NCBI GenBank assembly: GCA_964645155.1
Contig: CAZYBG010000003.1
Location: forward strand, 7,093 to 71,092
Direction: 5' to 3'
Source of the DNA: an uncultured Rhodobacterales bacterium
GTDB lineage: Bacteria > Pseudomonadota > Alphaproteobacteria > Rhodobacterales > Rhodobacteraceae
DNA length: 64,000 nucleotides
The notes under the pieces are model-generated. The model was given only the letters and a program-made list of their open reading frames with translations. It searched no databases and had not been told where the DNA came from. This document shows positions 24,332 to 33,072 of the stretch, in pieces (position 1 is the first letter of the stretch; every line of letters begins with the position of its first letter). The position numbers and the translations under genes were made by a program.

Positions 24332-25888
24332 ATGCGAGCGCCGGACCGTGACAAAAGCTACCTGAACGCCCTTGGCGCGGGCATCGTCCTGTCGCTTTCC
24401 GGTGCCGTGGGCTGGGGCTGGCTGGCGTGGCAGCAGACCTGGGACGAGGCGGAGCGGACGGCCCATGACCGCGCCGTCATCGTGGCCAACTATGTCGAGC
24501 GGCTGATCCAGACGCAGACCGCGACCCACGTCTTCGCCGAGGCCGGCGCGCAGTCGCGGGCCAGGGGCTGGCTGCGGTCGCGCGACTTCCACCGGATCCT
24601 CGCGGCGACCGACGACGCGCAGCCCTTCACCATCGGCACCGCGGTGGTCGGCTTCGACGGCGAGATCGTAGCGTCAAGCCGGCTCTATCCCGTCGAGGGG
24701 CAGAGGTTCGGGTCGCGGGACTATCTCGACGCGATCCGCGGCGGCGCGGTGATCTTCGTCGACCGCATCCGGACCGAGCCGAACGGCGTCGACGCCCTTG
24801 TCATCGCCAGCCGTTTCCGCACGCCCGAAATCGAGGGCGCGATCGTCTCGGCGATCGAGACGACCATCCTGCGCGACTTCCTCAGGCAGACTGCCCCGGG
24901 CCCGCAGGAGGCCGCGTCGCTGATGACCGAGGCGGGAAAGCTGCTCGTCCGCAGTATTCCGTCCGAGCCGACCTGGCTGGCGCCCGGCCCGTGGACCGTG
25001 GCGGTCGAGGACGGCTACATGCAGACCCGCGTCCGGGCGCAGACCGACGGGGTCGAGCGGCTCTATACCACCATGCGGGTCGGCGACCTCCCGCTCTACG
25101 CGACGTTCGGCGTGCCGGTCTCGGCCATCACCTCGGCCTGGCTGCGGTCAGCAGCGCTGGTCTGGGCGATCCTCCTCGGGTCGATCCTGCTGATGACGGT
25201 GCTCAGCGTCATGGCCCGGCGGCGGATGCAGCACGAATACGAACTCCGGCTGTCGCAGCAGGAGGCCGACTTCGCCCGGCGCACCGCGCGCCATCAGGCC
25301 GAGTTGCTCAAGGAAGCCCATCACCGGATCAAGAACAACCTCGCGCTCGTGGTGTCGATGATCGGCATCCAGCAGCGGCTGAAGGGAAAGCTCGACGCGG
25401 TGGACCTGCGTGCGCGGATCGGGGCGATCGCCGAGATGCACGACCTGCTCTACCGCTCGGCGACGGGCGGCGATGTCGACCTCGCGCTTCTGCTGAACCG
25501 CGTCCTCGACAGCCCGGCCATGGTTCCCGCCGAAAGCGGCATTGCCGTCCGGCGCCGTCTGGACGGCCCGGTCAGCATCTCCGCCCGCATCGCCGCGCCG
25601 GTCGCGCTGGTTGCGATCGAGCTTGTCGCCAACGCAGTGAAACACGCGTTTCCGGGCCGCGCGCCCGGCACGGTCGAGGTCGCCCTTGCCCGCACCGCCG
25701 ATGGCGCCGTGCTGACGGTCAGCGACGACGGCGTAGGCATCGGGGCGACCGACCGCCATTCCGGGCGGTCGATCGTCGATGCCCTCGTCGAGCAGGTCGA
25801 CGGCACGCTGGCCCAGACCAGCCCGGCGGGCGACGGCACGACCTGCGAGCTGCGCTTTCCCATCCGGGCGCCCGATCCGGCGGGCTGA
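24332..25888 (+). CDS. Sensor histidine kinase, HisKA_2/HWE-type, with periplasmic Cache-like domain
   Basis: ATG 24332 (MRAPDRDKSY). TM helix, ~260-aa extracytoplasmic region, TM helix. H-box EAHHRIKNNLALV and an HATPase region (ELVANAVKHAF, DDGVGI). Confidence 0.8.
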   Translation: MRAPDRDKSYLNALGAGIVLSLSGAVGWGWLAWQQTWDEAERTAHDRAVIVANYVERLIQTQTATHVFAEAGAQSRARGWLRSRDFHRILAATDDAQPFTIGTAVVGFDGEIVASSRLYPVEGQRFGSRDYLDAIRGGAVIFVDRIRTEPNGVDALVIASRFRTPEIEGAIVSAIETTILRDFLRQTAPGPQEAASLMTEAGKLLVRSIPSEPTWLAPGPWTVAVEDGYMQTRVRAQTDGVERLYTTMRVGDLPLYATFGVPVSAITSAWLRSAALVWAILLGSILLMTVLSVMARRRMQHEYELRLSQQEADFARRTARHQAELLKEAHHRIKNNLALVVSMIGIQQRLKGKLDAVDLRARIGAIAEMHDLLYRSATGGDVDLALLLNRVLDSPAMVPAESGIAVRRRLDGPVSISARIAAPVALVAIELVANAVKHAFPGRAPGTVEVALARTADGAVLTVSDDGVGIGATDRHSGRSIVDALVEQVDGTLAQTSPAGDGTTCELRFPIRAPDPAG

Positions 25889-25946
25889 CCGCGCCGGCGC
25901 GCTCCCGCCTGCGCCTCGCGAGCGCGCGGCGGTCCAGGCGTCCGCA

Positions 25947-25971
25947 GGAACAATCCGCGGCGTTCCCGGTT
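25947..25971 (+). promoter_or_regulatory. EcfG-type promoter candidate (GGAAC-N16-GGTT) upstream of the stress trio
   Basis: GGAAC 25947-25951 and GGTT 25968-25971, about 53 nt before GTG 26024. Confidence 0.6.
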
Positions 25972-26023
25972 CGGTCGGTTCTCATGGCGCCCGGATCGGG
26001 CGCGCCAAAGGCAGGAGGACGCG

Positions 26024-26503
26024 GTGGCGAGATCGAGCGACGAGAAAATGAAGGCCGGCAGCGGCGCGGCCGACGACGCCAAAGCCGCGACCGAGAACAT
26101 GGGCGAGGCGGCCGCAGGGGCCGGCGCCGAAGTGCGCAAGCGGGTCGGATCGGCCGCGGCGGCCGTCCAGCAGGATGCCATGAAGCGCGCCGAATCCGCG
26201 CGCGAGGGCGTCGCGGAAGACGTCGACGCGATCGCGCGCGCGCTTCAGCGCGGCGGCGAGGAGTTGCGTCCGGACTCGCCTCAGGCACGCGCCTGGGGGG
26301 GCCTCGCGGACCGCGTCGGCATCGCCGCCGAGGCGCTGCGAAGCCAGGACCTGCCCACCATGGCGAAGACCGTCGGAGCCTTCGCGCGCGAGAATCCGAC
26401 GACCTTCCTCGTCGGCGCGGCACTGATGGGTTTCGTGGCGAGCCGCTTTGCCCTTGCGACAGACCAGCGCGAGGCGGAGCCCCGGCGGGGGGACTGGGCA
26501 TGA
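26024..26503 (+). CDS. Stress-associated hypothetical protein with C-terminal membrane anchor (nutrient-deprivation-induced-protein-like)
   Basis: GTG start with [10 protein letters not shown]. Ala/Glu-rich helical protein ending in ENPTTFLVGAALMGFVASRFAL. Preceded by a GGAAC-N16-GGTT motif. Confidence 0.55.
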   Translation: MARSSDEKMKAGSGAADDAKAATENMGEAAAGAGAEVRKRVGSAAAAVQQDAMKRAESAREGVAEDVDAIARALQRGGEELRPDSPQARAWGGLADRVGIAAEALRSQDLPTMAKTVGAFARENPTTFLVGAALMGFVASRFALATDQREAEPRRGDWA

Positions 26504-26904
26504 CCGATCCCGAAATCCAGCCGGCCGGCCGCGGCATCGCAGACCTCCTCGGCGACGCCACGCAGCACCTGTCGACACTCGTCCGGAAGGAGTTCGACCT
26601 GCTGCGCGCCGAGATGTCGGAGAAGGCCGGGGAACTCTCCAGCTCTGCGATGATGCTGGGCGTCGGCGCCATCATGGCGCTGGTGGCGCTCAACGTCCTC
26701 GCGATCGCGGCGGTGATCGGCCTGACCGAAAGCGGCCTCGAGCCGGGCTGGGCGGCGCTGATCGTGGGCGGCGCGGTCGCGCTCCTGGCGGTCGTGCTGA
26801 TCGGCATCGGCATGTCGGGGCTGAAGGCGAAGAACCTGGTGCCAAGGCGCACCGCACGGTCGCTGGAAAAAGACGCGACCACCATCGGGAGAGCAGCACG
26901 ATGA
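26500..26904 (+). CDS. Holin-X / DUF1469-family membrane protein
   Basis: ATGA overlap. LSTLVRKEFDLLRAEMSEK followed by two TM helices. This is the typical partner of the flanking genes. Confidence 0.6.
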   Translation: MTDPEIQPAGRGIADLLGDATQHLSTLVRKEFDLLRAEMSEKAGELSSSAMMLGVGAIMALVALNVLAIAAVIGLTESGLEPGWAALIVGGAVALLAVVLIGIGMSGLKAKNLVPRRTARSLEKDATTIGRAAR

Positions 26905-27986
26905 CTGACGAACGCAGCAGCGCCGAGATCGAACGCGAGATCGAGGCCGAACGTGGCGCCCTGGCCGGAACGCTCCGCGACATCCGCGAGAGCGTTTCGG
27001 TGGAAGCGGCGGTCCAGCGGATCGCCGAGAGCCTGCGCAGCAACAGCGGCGAGATCGCCGGGGCGGTGGGCCGCCAGGTGCGGGCCAACCCGCTCGGCGT
27101 CGCGCTCACGGGCATCGGGCTCGCATGGCTGATGATGGGGCCTCACACCCCGGATGCCGGCCGCGGAATGTCGGCGTCGGGCCGGCGCTTTGACGATGAC
27201 GACGATGACGACTGGGCCGTCGGCCGCTCGGACGTGGCCGACCGGGGCGCCTACCGGCCTTCGCCCGGCCTTGGCTTCGAAGACAGCATGTATGCCGGCG
27301 AAGAGCTGGGCGGCATGGATGCCGGGGCCCGGGACGGCGACGAGGCCGACCAGGGCAACGGCAGCACCGGGGCCGGCTGGACCGGGTCGGGCGCCGGCAG
27401 CGCCGCCCGGCGTCTGCGCTCGCGCAGCGCCGATCTGCGCAGCCGCATGCAGCACGGTCTCGAGGACCTCTCGGGCGCGGCGCGCGAGCGGGTGCTCGCC
27501 GCGCGGCGGGCGGCCGTCCATGCCCGGCAGCGGGCCGAAAGCATCGCGCGCCGCGGCACCCGGCGGGCGGCCGGCTTCTACCACGAGGCGCCGCTGGTAT
27601 CGGGCGCGGTCGCGATGGCAGTCGGCGCGGCGGTCGGCGCGCTTCTGCCCCGGACGCGAACCGAGGACGACCTGATGGGCGCCGAGTCGGACCGGTTGAT
27701 GGACGAGGCCCGGCGCATCTACGACGAGGAGAAGTCGCGGCTGGCGGATGCGGGTCGGGCCGTCGTCGAGACCGGGCGCGAAGCCGCGGGCGAGATCGCC
27801 GACGCGGCCGGCAAGGCGCTGACATCGGCCGGCCAGCGGATGGACGATCGCGAGCCGGGGCAGACCGGCAGCGATGATGGAACAGATGGAAGCGGGATGG
27901 ACCGTCCGCCGCCGGACGAGCCCGATCGCGACCTGCCGGGCACGATGCCTCCGATGCGCGGACCTTCGGGGCGCAGCATCGGCTGA
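26901..27986 (+). CDS. DUF3618-domain protein
   Basis: ATGA overlap. N-terminus ERSSAEIEREIEAERGALAGTLRDI is characteristic of DUF3618. Acidic low-complexity centre and a TM segment. Confidence 0.6.
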   Translation: MTDERSSAEIEREIEAERGALAGTLRDIRESVSVEAAVQRIAESLRSNSGEIAGAVGRQVRANPLGVALTGIGLAWLMMGPHTPDAGRGMSASGRRFDDDDDDDWAVGRSDVADRGAYRPSPGLGFEDSMYAGEELGGMDAGARDGDEADQGNGSTGAGWTGSGAGSAARRLRSRSADLRSRMQHGLEDLSGAARERVLAARRAAVHARQRAESIARRGTRRAAGFYHEAPLVSGAVAMAVGAAVGALLPRTRTEDDLMGAESDRLMDEARRIYDEEKSRLADAGRAVVETGREAAGEIADAAGKALTSAGQRMDDREPGQTGSDDGTDGSGMDRPPPDEPDRDLPGTMPPMRGPSGRSIG

Positions 27987-28026
27987 CCGGCGCCCGGCGC
28001 AGGCACGGACGACGACGTGAAGCAAC

Positions 28027-28056
28027 GAACGCCTCCGGCCCCGGCCGGAGGCGTTC
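28027..28056. terminator. GC-rich hairpin between convergent genes (possible bidirectional terminator)
   Basis: gaacgcctccggcc / ggccggaggcgttc forms a perfect 14-nt inverted repeat centred at about 28041, followed by ttcttcc. Lies between the stops at 27986 (+) and 28081 (-). Confidence 0.45.
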
Positions 28057-28080
28057 TTCCGTCGAAGCAATGCCGCAGGG

Positions 28081-28482
28081 TCAGCGCTCCTCGGGCTCCA
28101 GTTCGGGTCCCAGCACGACCGCCTCGATCCGGTTGCCCTCGGGGTCGCGGACGAAGGCGGCATAGTAGTCGGACCCGTATTCGGGCCTGAGGCCGGGCGC
28201 CCCGTCATCGGCGCCCCCGGCGCCCAGCGCCGCGTCGTGGAACGCGCGGACCGCTGCCCGCGAAGGCGCGCGAAACGCATGGTGCGTCTGCGACGGCGCG
28301 TTGGGAACGTCGACGGCGCTGATCAGGGTGAAGTCGTCGCGGCCGTCGCGCTGGAAGCTCGCGGTGCGGCCATTGGCCTCGCCCGGCACGATCCCGAGCG
28401 GCCGGAACGCGGCCTCGTAGAAGCGCCGGGCGCGGTCGAGGTCCGTCACCGCGAGCGTCACATGGTCGATCATCGAAGTCAT
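28081..28482 (-). CDS. VOC/glyoxalase-family protein
   Basis: 133 aa. IDHVTLAVTDLDRARRFYEAAF is the typical glyoxalase/bleomycin-resistance fold N-terminus. Confidence 0.8.
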   Translation of the reverse strand: MTSMIDHVTLAVTDLDRARRFYEAAFRPLGIVPGEANGRTASFQRDGRDDFTLISAVDVPNAPSQTHHAFRAPSRAAVRAFHDAALGAGGADDGAPGLRPEYGSDYYAAFVRDPEGNRIEAVVLGPELEPEER

Positions 28483-28571
28483 GGCAGGGTTCCCTTCCTG
28501 GCGTCGGGCAGGGGCGCGCCCGGGCCCCTCTCTGCGGCCGTCGCGGGCTTGGTTCGATCCGGGCCTGTCTC

Positions 28572-28596
28572 AACCGGCGAGGCGGGCAGACGTTCC
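28572..28596 (-). promoter_or_regulatory. EcfG-type promoter candidate (GGAAC-N16-GGTT) toward the VOC gene
   Basis: Plus strand AACC 28572-28575 and GTTCC 28592-28596, about 90 nt upstream of ATG 28482. Confidence 0.55.
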
Positions 28597-28662
28597 CGAG
28601 CGGCCCTCGGCGCGCGGCCGGGCGCGACCCCGGCTTCCGCCCGGCGGGATGGGCCGCAAGGG

Positions 28663-28687
28663 GGAACATGTGCCGCCCTGCCCGGTT
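28663..28687 (+). promoter_or_regulatory. EcfG-type promoter candidate (GGAAC-N16-GGTT) toward Mn catalase
   Basis: GGAAC 28663-28667 and GGTT 28684-28687, 33 nt before ATG 28720. Confidence 0.6.
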
Positions 28688-28719
28688 GCAGGGCCTCCCG
28701 GCAAGACAGAGGAGCCGAC

Positions 28720-29556
28720 ATGTTCCACCATTCTTCGAAACTTCAGTACGAGGTGCGGGTCGACCGCCCGAACCCCGTCTTCGCCAAGTGCCTCCAGCAG
28801 GCCATCGGCGGGATCGAGGGCGAGATCCGCGTGGCCATGCAGTACTTCTTCCAGGCGATGGGCGCGCACGGCGACGCCCGGTACCGCGACATGCTGATGA
28901 TGACCGCGACCGAAGAACTGTCGCATATCGAGTTCCTCGGCCACGCCGTTGCACTGAACCTCGACGGTGCGCCGGTGTCGATGCAGGACGAGGCCGCGCA
29001 GGACCCCGTCGTTCATGCGATCCTCGGCGGCATGAACCCGCGGCATCTCCTGTCCGCCGGCCTCGCGGCGATGCCGGTCAACGCGAACGGGGTGCCGTTC
29101 GACATGAGCCATGTCTATGCCACCGGCAACATCGGTGCCGACATGCTGGCCAACGCCACCGCCGAGGCCGGTGGCCGCGTCCTCGCCAGCCGGCTCTACA
29201 ACATGACTGACGATGCCGGCATGAAGGACATGCTGTCGTTCCTGATCGCGCGCGACACGATGCACCAGCAGCAATGGCTCGCCGTGCTGGAGGAGCTGGG
29301 CGGTTGGCAGGCGCAGCTGCCGATCCCGAACGCGACGCCGCCCGAGCACGAGGCGACCGAGCACAGCTACTACTTCCTGAACACCTCGCTCGACGCGCCG
29401 ACGCCCGAGGGCCGCTGGACCTCGGGGCCGTCGCTCGACGGGCGGGCGGAGTTCTCGGTGCGCGAGCGGGTGGAACCGCTGGGGCAGCAGGCGAGCCTCG
29501 GCCACGCCCGGCCGCAATCCGGGGCGCAACGCGAGCAGATCGGAAAGGGAGCATGA
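28720..29556 (+). CDS. Manganese catalase family protein
   Basis: ATG 28720 with GAGGAG RBS. KLQYEVRVDRPNPVFAKCLQQAIGGIEGEIRVAMQYFFQA and EELSHIEFL motifs. Confidence 0.85.
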   Translation: MFHHSSKLQYEVRVDRPNPVFAKCLQQAIGGIEGEIRVAMQYFFQAMGAHGDARYRDMLMMTATEELSHIEFLGHAVALNLDGAPVSMQDEAAQDPVVHAILGGMNPRHLLSAGLAAMPVNANGVPFDMSHVYATGNIGADMLANATAEAGGRVLASRLYNMTDDAGMKDMLSFLIARDTMHQQQWLAVLEELGGWQAQLPIPNATPPEHEATEHSYYFLNTSLDAPTPEGRWTSGPSLDGRAEFSVRERVEPLGQQASLGHARPQSGAQREQIGKGA

Positions 29557-29783
29557 AGATGGACGAGATCGACCGCGAGGAGCATGTCCGCCGGCGCGCC
29601 TATCAACTCTGGGAGCAGGAGGGCCGGCCCGAAGGCCGCGACACCGCGCACTGGAGCCAGGCCGAGGCCGAACTCGAGGTCGCGCCGGTGCGCGGCGACG
29701 GTGTCGCCGGCGATGGCGCGGACAACTCTGGCACCCGCCCGTCGCGGGCGCCAGCGCGGAACGCGCGTCGGGCCGAAGCCTGA
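29553..29783 (+). CDS. DUF2934-domain protein
   Basis: ATGA overlap with the catalase gene. RRRAYQLWEQEGRPEGRDTAHWSQAEAEL is the DUF2934 signature. Confidence 0.7.
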   Translation: MKMDEIDREEHVRRRAYQLWEQEGRPEGRDTAHWSQAEAELEVAPVRGDGVAGDGADNSGTRPSRAPARNARRAEA

Positions 29784-29921
29784 AAGCGCCACCGCCTGCC
29801 CCGAAGCACATGCAGGCAGGGCAGGCGACCGGCCGTCGGGCGCAACCGGACCGCTGGCCCCCGGGACAATCCCGGGATCATCCGGTGGGCATGGCCGCGC
29901 CGCTGCGCCGGACGCGCGACC

Positions 29922-30917
29922 TCATTCGGCCGCGGTCGGCGCGGCGCGGTCCGGCGGCCCGTCGCGGTAGAGCGCGAACCAGGCCGCCGTTTCGGCCAGG
30001 CCACGGTCGAGCGGCACGAGGGGCTGCCAGCCGAGGCAGTGCCGCGCCCGCGAGATATCGGGCCGCCGGCGCCGGGGGTCGTCGGCCGGCAGCGGCCGGA
30101 ACAGGATTTCGGACCGTGTCGGGATCATGCGCTGCACCATCCGCGCCAGGTCGAGAACGGTCACCTCGACCGGGTTGCCGAGATTGACCGGTCCGGGCGG
30201 GCGCTCCTCCACCTCCATGAGGGCGAGGAGCCCGCGCACCAGGTCGGAAACATAGCAGAACGACCGCGTCTGCCGCCCGTCGCCGTAGACGGTGAGAGGC
30301 CGGCCATCCAGCGCCTGCACGATCAGGTTCGAGACGATGCGCCCGTCGTCCGGCCGCATCCTGGGCCCGTAGGTGTTGAAGATCCGCGCCACCCGGACAT
30401 CGACATTGCCGGCGCGCAGGTAGTCGAAGCACAGCGTCTCGGCCGCGCGCTTGCCTTCGTCGTAACAGGCCCGTGTCCCGATCGGGTTGACATGGCCCCA
30501 GTAGTCCTCTGCCTGCGGATGCTGCTCGGGGTCGCCGTAGACCTCGCTCGTCGAGGCCTGCACGTACCGTGCGCCGTGCCGCCCGGCGAGTTCCAGGAGC
30601 CGCCCGGTTCCCACCACGTTGGTCATCATCGTGCGGATCGGCTCGGCCTGATAGTGCGGCGGGGAGGCCGGCGAGGCGAGGTTGTAGAGAAAGTCGATCC
30701 GCTCGGCCGGAAGGGCGTCGGTCGCGACATCAGCGCGCCAGAGGCGGAAGTTCCGGTCGTTCCGGAGCGGCCCGACATTGGCGGGGCGGCCGGTCTGGAA
30801 GCTGTCGACGCAGATCACGCGATGGCCGCGGGCGAGGAGCGCATCGCACAGATGCGATCCGACAAAGCCCGCACCGCCCGCGACGAGGGCGGTCTTCGGG
30901 AAGGACGCGACATTCAT
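29922..30917 (-). CDS. uxs: UDP-glucuronate decarboxylase (UDP-xylose synthase)
   Basis: 331 aa. GGAGFVGSHLCD, STSEVYGDP, YDEGKRAAETL, ARIFNTYGPRM. Last gene of the operon. Confidence 0.85.
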   Translation of the reverse strand: MNVASFPKTALVAGGAGFVGSHLCDALLARGHRVICVDSFQTGRPANVGPLRNDRNFRLWRADVATDALPAERIDFLYNLASPASPPHYQAEPIRTMMTNVVGTGRLLELAGRHGARYVQASTSEVYGDPEQHPQAEDYWGHVNPIGTRACYDEGKRAAETLCFDYLRAGNVDVRVARIFNTYGPRMRPDDGRIVSNLIVQALDGRPLTVYGDGRQTRSFCYVSDLVRGLLALMEVEERPPGPVNLGNPVEVTVLDLARMVQRMIPTRSEILFRPLPADDPRRRRPDISRARHCLGWQPLVPLDRGLAETAAWFALYRDGPPDRAAPTAAE

Positions 30918-31996
30918 GGTGTGACCTCCGTTGCAGTCGGGATACGGGCGAGCGCCACCGCAAGCTCCTCGGCACGCGCCGGTCCGGTATGTCGCGACAG
31001 AACGATGGCGCGCGCGCGGGCCGCCATGCGCCGGCGCTCCGCCTCGGGCATCGCAAGTGCGGCGACGACGTCGTCGCCGCTGTCGGCGATGGCGATCGCC
31101 TCGCCTTCCGGAAAGAGGTCAGCAAGTCCGTTCCAACGGTCCGACAGGACGGGCGTTCCGCAGGCTGCGGCCTCGAACAGCCGGACCGACGGCGCGTGCC
31201 CCGACCGGCGCATCGCCGCACGGGTCAGGTTCAGCGTGAAGCGCTGTCGGCCGTAGAAGGCGGCATGCTCGGCCGGCGGCAGATGCTCGATCCGCTCGAC
31301 ATTCGGCGGCCAGGCGATGCCTTCGGGATATTGCGCGCCGGCGACGACGAAGCGCGCCTGCGGCATCCGGCGCGCCGGATCGAGGAGCAGCGCCTCGAGC
31401 CCCGGCTGCCGGTCGGCACTGTAGGTGCCGAGGTAACCCAGATCCCACGACGGCACGAGCCCCTCCGGCCGGTAGAGATCGGGATCGACCGCGCAGAAGA
31501 GCGCCTCGGCGCGCCGCGCGCCGAGGCGCTCCAGCGTCTTCAGCGCGGCCCCGCCGGCGAACGAGAGGTAGAGGTCGAACGCGGCAAGCTGCCGCGGCAG
31601 GAGGTGGCTCGAGCCGCCGGCCGCGAGCTGTTCGAGCGTCACCGGCGTGTCGATGTCGTAGAACACCAGCCGCGCCGGGCGCTCCCGGATCAGCAGGTCG
31701 ATCAGCGCCGCGCCCTCGGGCACGCAGGAGCCGACGATCACCGCGTCGGCCCGCCGCAGCCGGGGGCGGAAAGCGGCGAGCCCGCCCAAATCGTCGTAGA
31801 GCGCGAAGTCGCAGAAGTCCGGCCGCGGCAGGTCGCGGTGCGCGGCGTACCAGGGCTGGTCGCGCTCCAGGAACAGCACCCGGTGGCCCCCGGCGGCGAG
31901 GCCGCGCAGCAGCGCGCGCCAGGTCGTGGCATGGCCATTGCCCCACGACGACGAGAGCGACAGGCCGAAGACCACGATGTCGAGCGGGCGAGTCAT
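30914..31996 (-). CDS. CgeB-family (Glyco_trans_1_2 / DUF3880-like) glycosyltransferase, paralog A
   Basis: ATGA overlaps at both ends. FGLSLSSSWGNGHATTWRALLRGLAAGGH and VRLFEAAACGTPVLSD. Confidence 0.65.
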   Translation of the reverse strand: MTRPLDIVVFGLSLSSSWGNGHATTWRALLRGLAAGGHRVLFLERDQPWYAAHRDLPRPDFCDFALYDDLGGLAAFRPRLRRADAVIVGSCVPEGAALIDLLIRERPARLVFYDIDTPVTLEQLAAGGSSHLLPRQLAAFDLYLSFAGGAALKTLERLGARRAEALFCAVDPDLYRPEGLVPSWDLGYLGTYSADRQPGLEALLLDPARRMPQARFVVAGAQYPEGIAWPPNVERIEHLPPAEHAAFYGRQRFTLNLTRAAMRRSGHAPSVRLFEAAACGTPVLSDRWNGLADLFPEGEAIAIADSGDDVVAALAMPEAERRRMAARARAIVLSRHTGPARAEELAVALARIPTATEVTP

Positions 31997-33072
31997 GCGG
32001 TCTCCCTCCGGGCAAGTATGCCGAGGCGCTCGACGACCTGTTCGGCGCGGTGGGCATAGGTGTGCTGGGCGAGCACCCGGGCGCGGGCCGCGGCGCCGAT
32101 CCGCGCCGCCGCCTCGGCCGACAGGCCGGCGAGGATCTCGGCGACGTCCCGACCGTCGCGCGCGACGAGGATCTCGGCGCCCGGCTCGAGAAAGAGCGGG
32201 ATCCCCTCCCAGGCGTCGGTGATCAGGCAGGCGCCGGCGCCCGCGGCCTCGAACACCCGGGTCGCGGGCGAGAAGCCGACCTCGGCCATGCTGTCGCGCG
32301 CCACGTTCAGGACCGCGCGGGGCGTGCAGTTGAAGGCGTTGTGGTCGGCCGTGCCGACATGGCCGAGCGCCAAGACATTGGCCGGCAGGCCCTCGCCCCA
32401 GCCGGACCCGCCGAGAAGGAACCGGTCGGCGGGCCTGAGGCGGGCCGGGCGGAGGAAGAACTCGGCCGCCCGCGCCTCGCGGTCCGGCAGCCGGTTCGCG
32501 AGGAACCCCAGATCGGCGGCGAACCGTGGGTTCGGGGCAACCGGGTGATGGGTGTCGGGGTCGAGCGCGTTGTAGACCGGGACGCAGTCGCGCGCGCCCA
32601 GGGCGCGGTAGCCGAGGACCACCGGCGCGCCGCCGCCATAGGTCAGGATCAGATCGAAGGCGGGAAGCTGCTGCCGGAGCGGATGCGCCGAATCGGCGCG
32701 CATCGCGGCCAGCGTCGCCGGCGCGTCGACATCCCACCAGAGCCGGAGCGCGTCGGGACGCGCCTGCGCCAGCACCGCCTCGCGCAGCCGGTCGTCCTCG
32801 AACCCGATGCCGGAGGCCACGACGACGGCGTCGGCGGCCCCGGCGCAGGCCGCGGCCGAGGCAAGACCGGCCGACGTGCCGGGCCAGACGTTGACGCGGC
32901 ACCAGTCGGGCATCGCGATGTCGCGGTGCTGCCGACGCTCCCACACGTCGGGCTCGTGGAAGGTGATCTCGAAGCCGCGCGCCGCGAGGGCCCGGAGCAG
33001 GCCGCGGTAGTAGGTGGCGGCGCCGTTCCAGTACGAGGACAGCAGGCTCGAGCCGTAGAACGCGAGCTTCAT
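31993..33072 (-). CDS. CgeB-family glycosyltransferase, paralog B
   Basis: YGSSLLSSYWNGAATYYRGLLRALAARG and TRVFEAAGAGACLITD. ATGA overlaps at both ends. Confidence 0.65.
   Translation of the reverse strand: MKLAFYGSSLLSSYWNGAATYYRGLLRALAARGFEITFHEPDVWERRQHRDIAMPDWCRVNVWPGTSAGLASAAACAGAADAVVVASGIGFEDDRLREAVLAQARPDALRLWWDVDAPATLAAMRADSAHPLRQQLPAFDLILTYGGGAPVVLGYRALGARDCVPVYNALDPDTHHPVAPNPRFAADLGFLANRLPDREARAAEFFLRPARLRPADRFLLGGSGWGEGLPANVLALGHVGTADHNAFNCTPRAVLNVARDSMAEVGFSPATRVFEAAGAGACLITDAWEGIPLFLEPGAEILVARDGRDVAEILAGLSAEAAARIGAAARARVLAQHTYAHRAEQVVERLGILARRETA

Noticed and set aside
25719-28280. 853-aa minus-strand ORF spanning the stress trio
   Set aside because: Extremely Arg/Pro-rich. 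It is antisense to three ATGA-coupled genes that have family signatures.
28489-28493. GTTCC (GGAAC on the minus strand) 7 nt upstream of the VOC start codon
   Set aside because: A matching -10 element would fall inside the coding region. The sequence more likely forms part of the ribosome-binding context (aagggaaccctgccATG).
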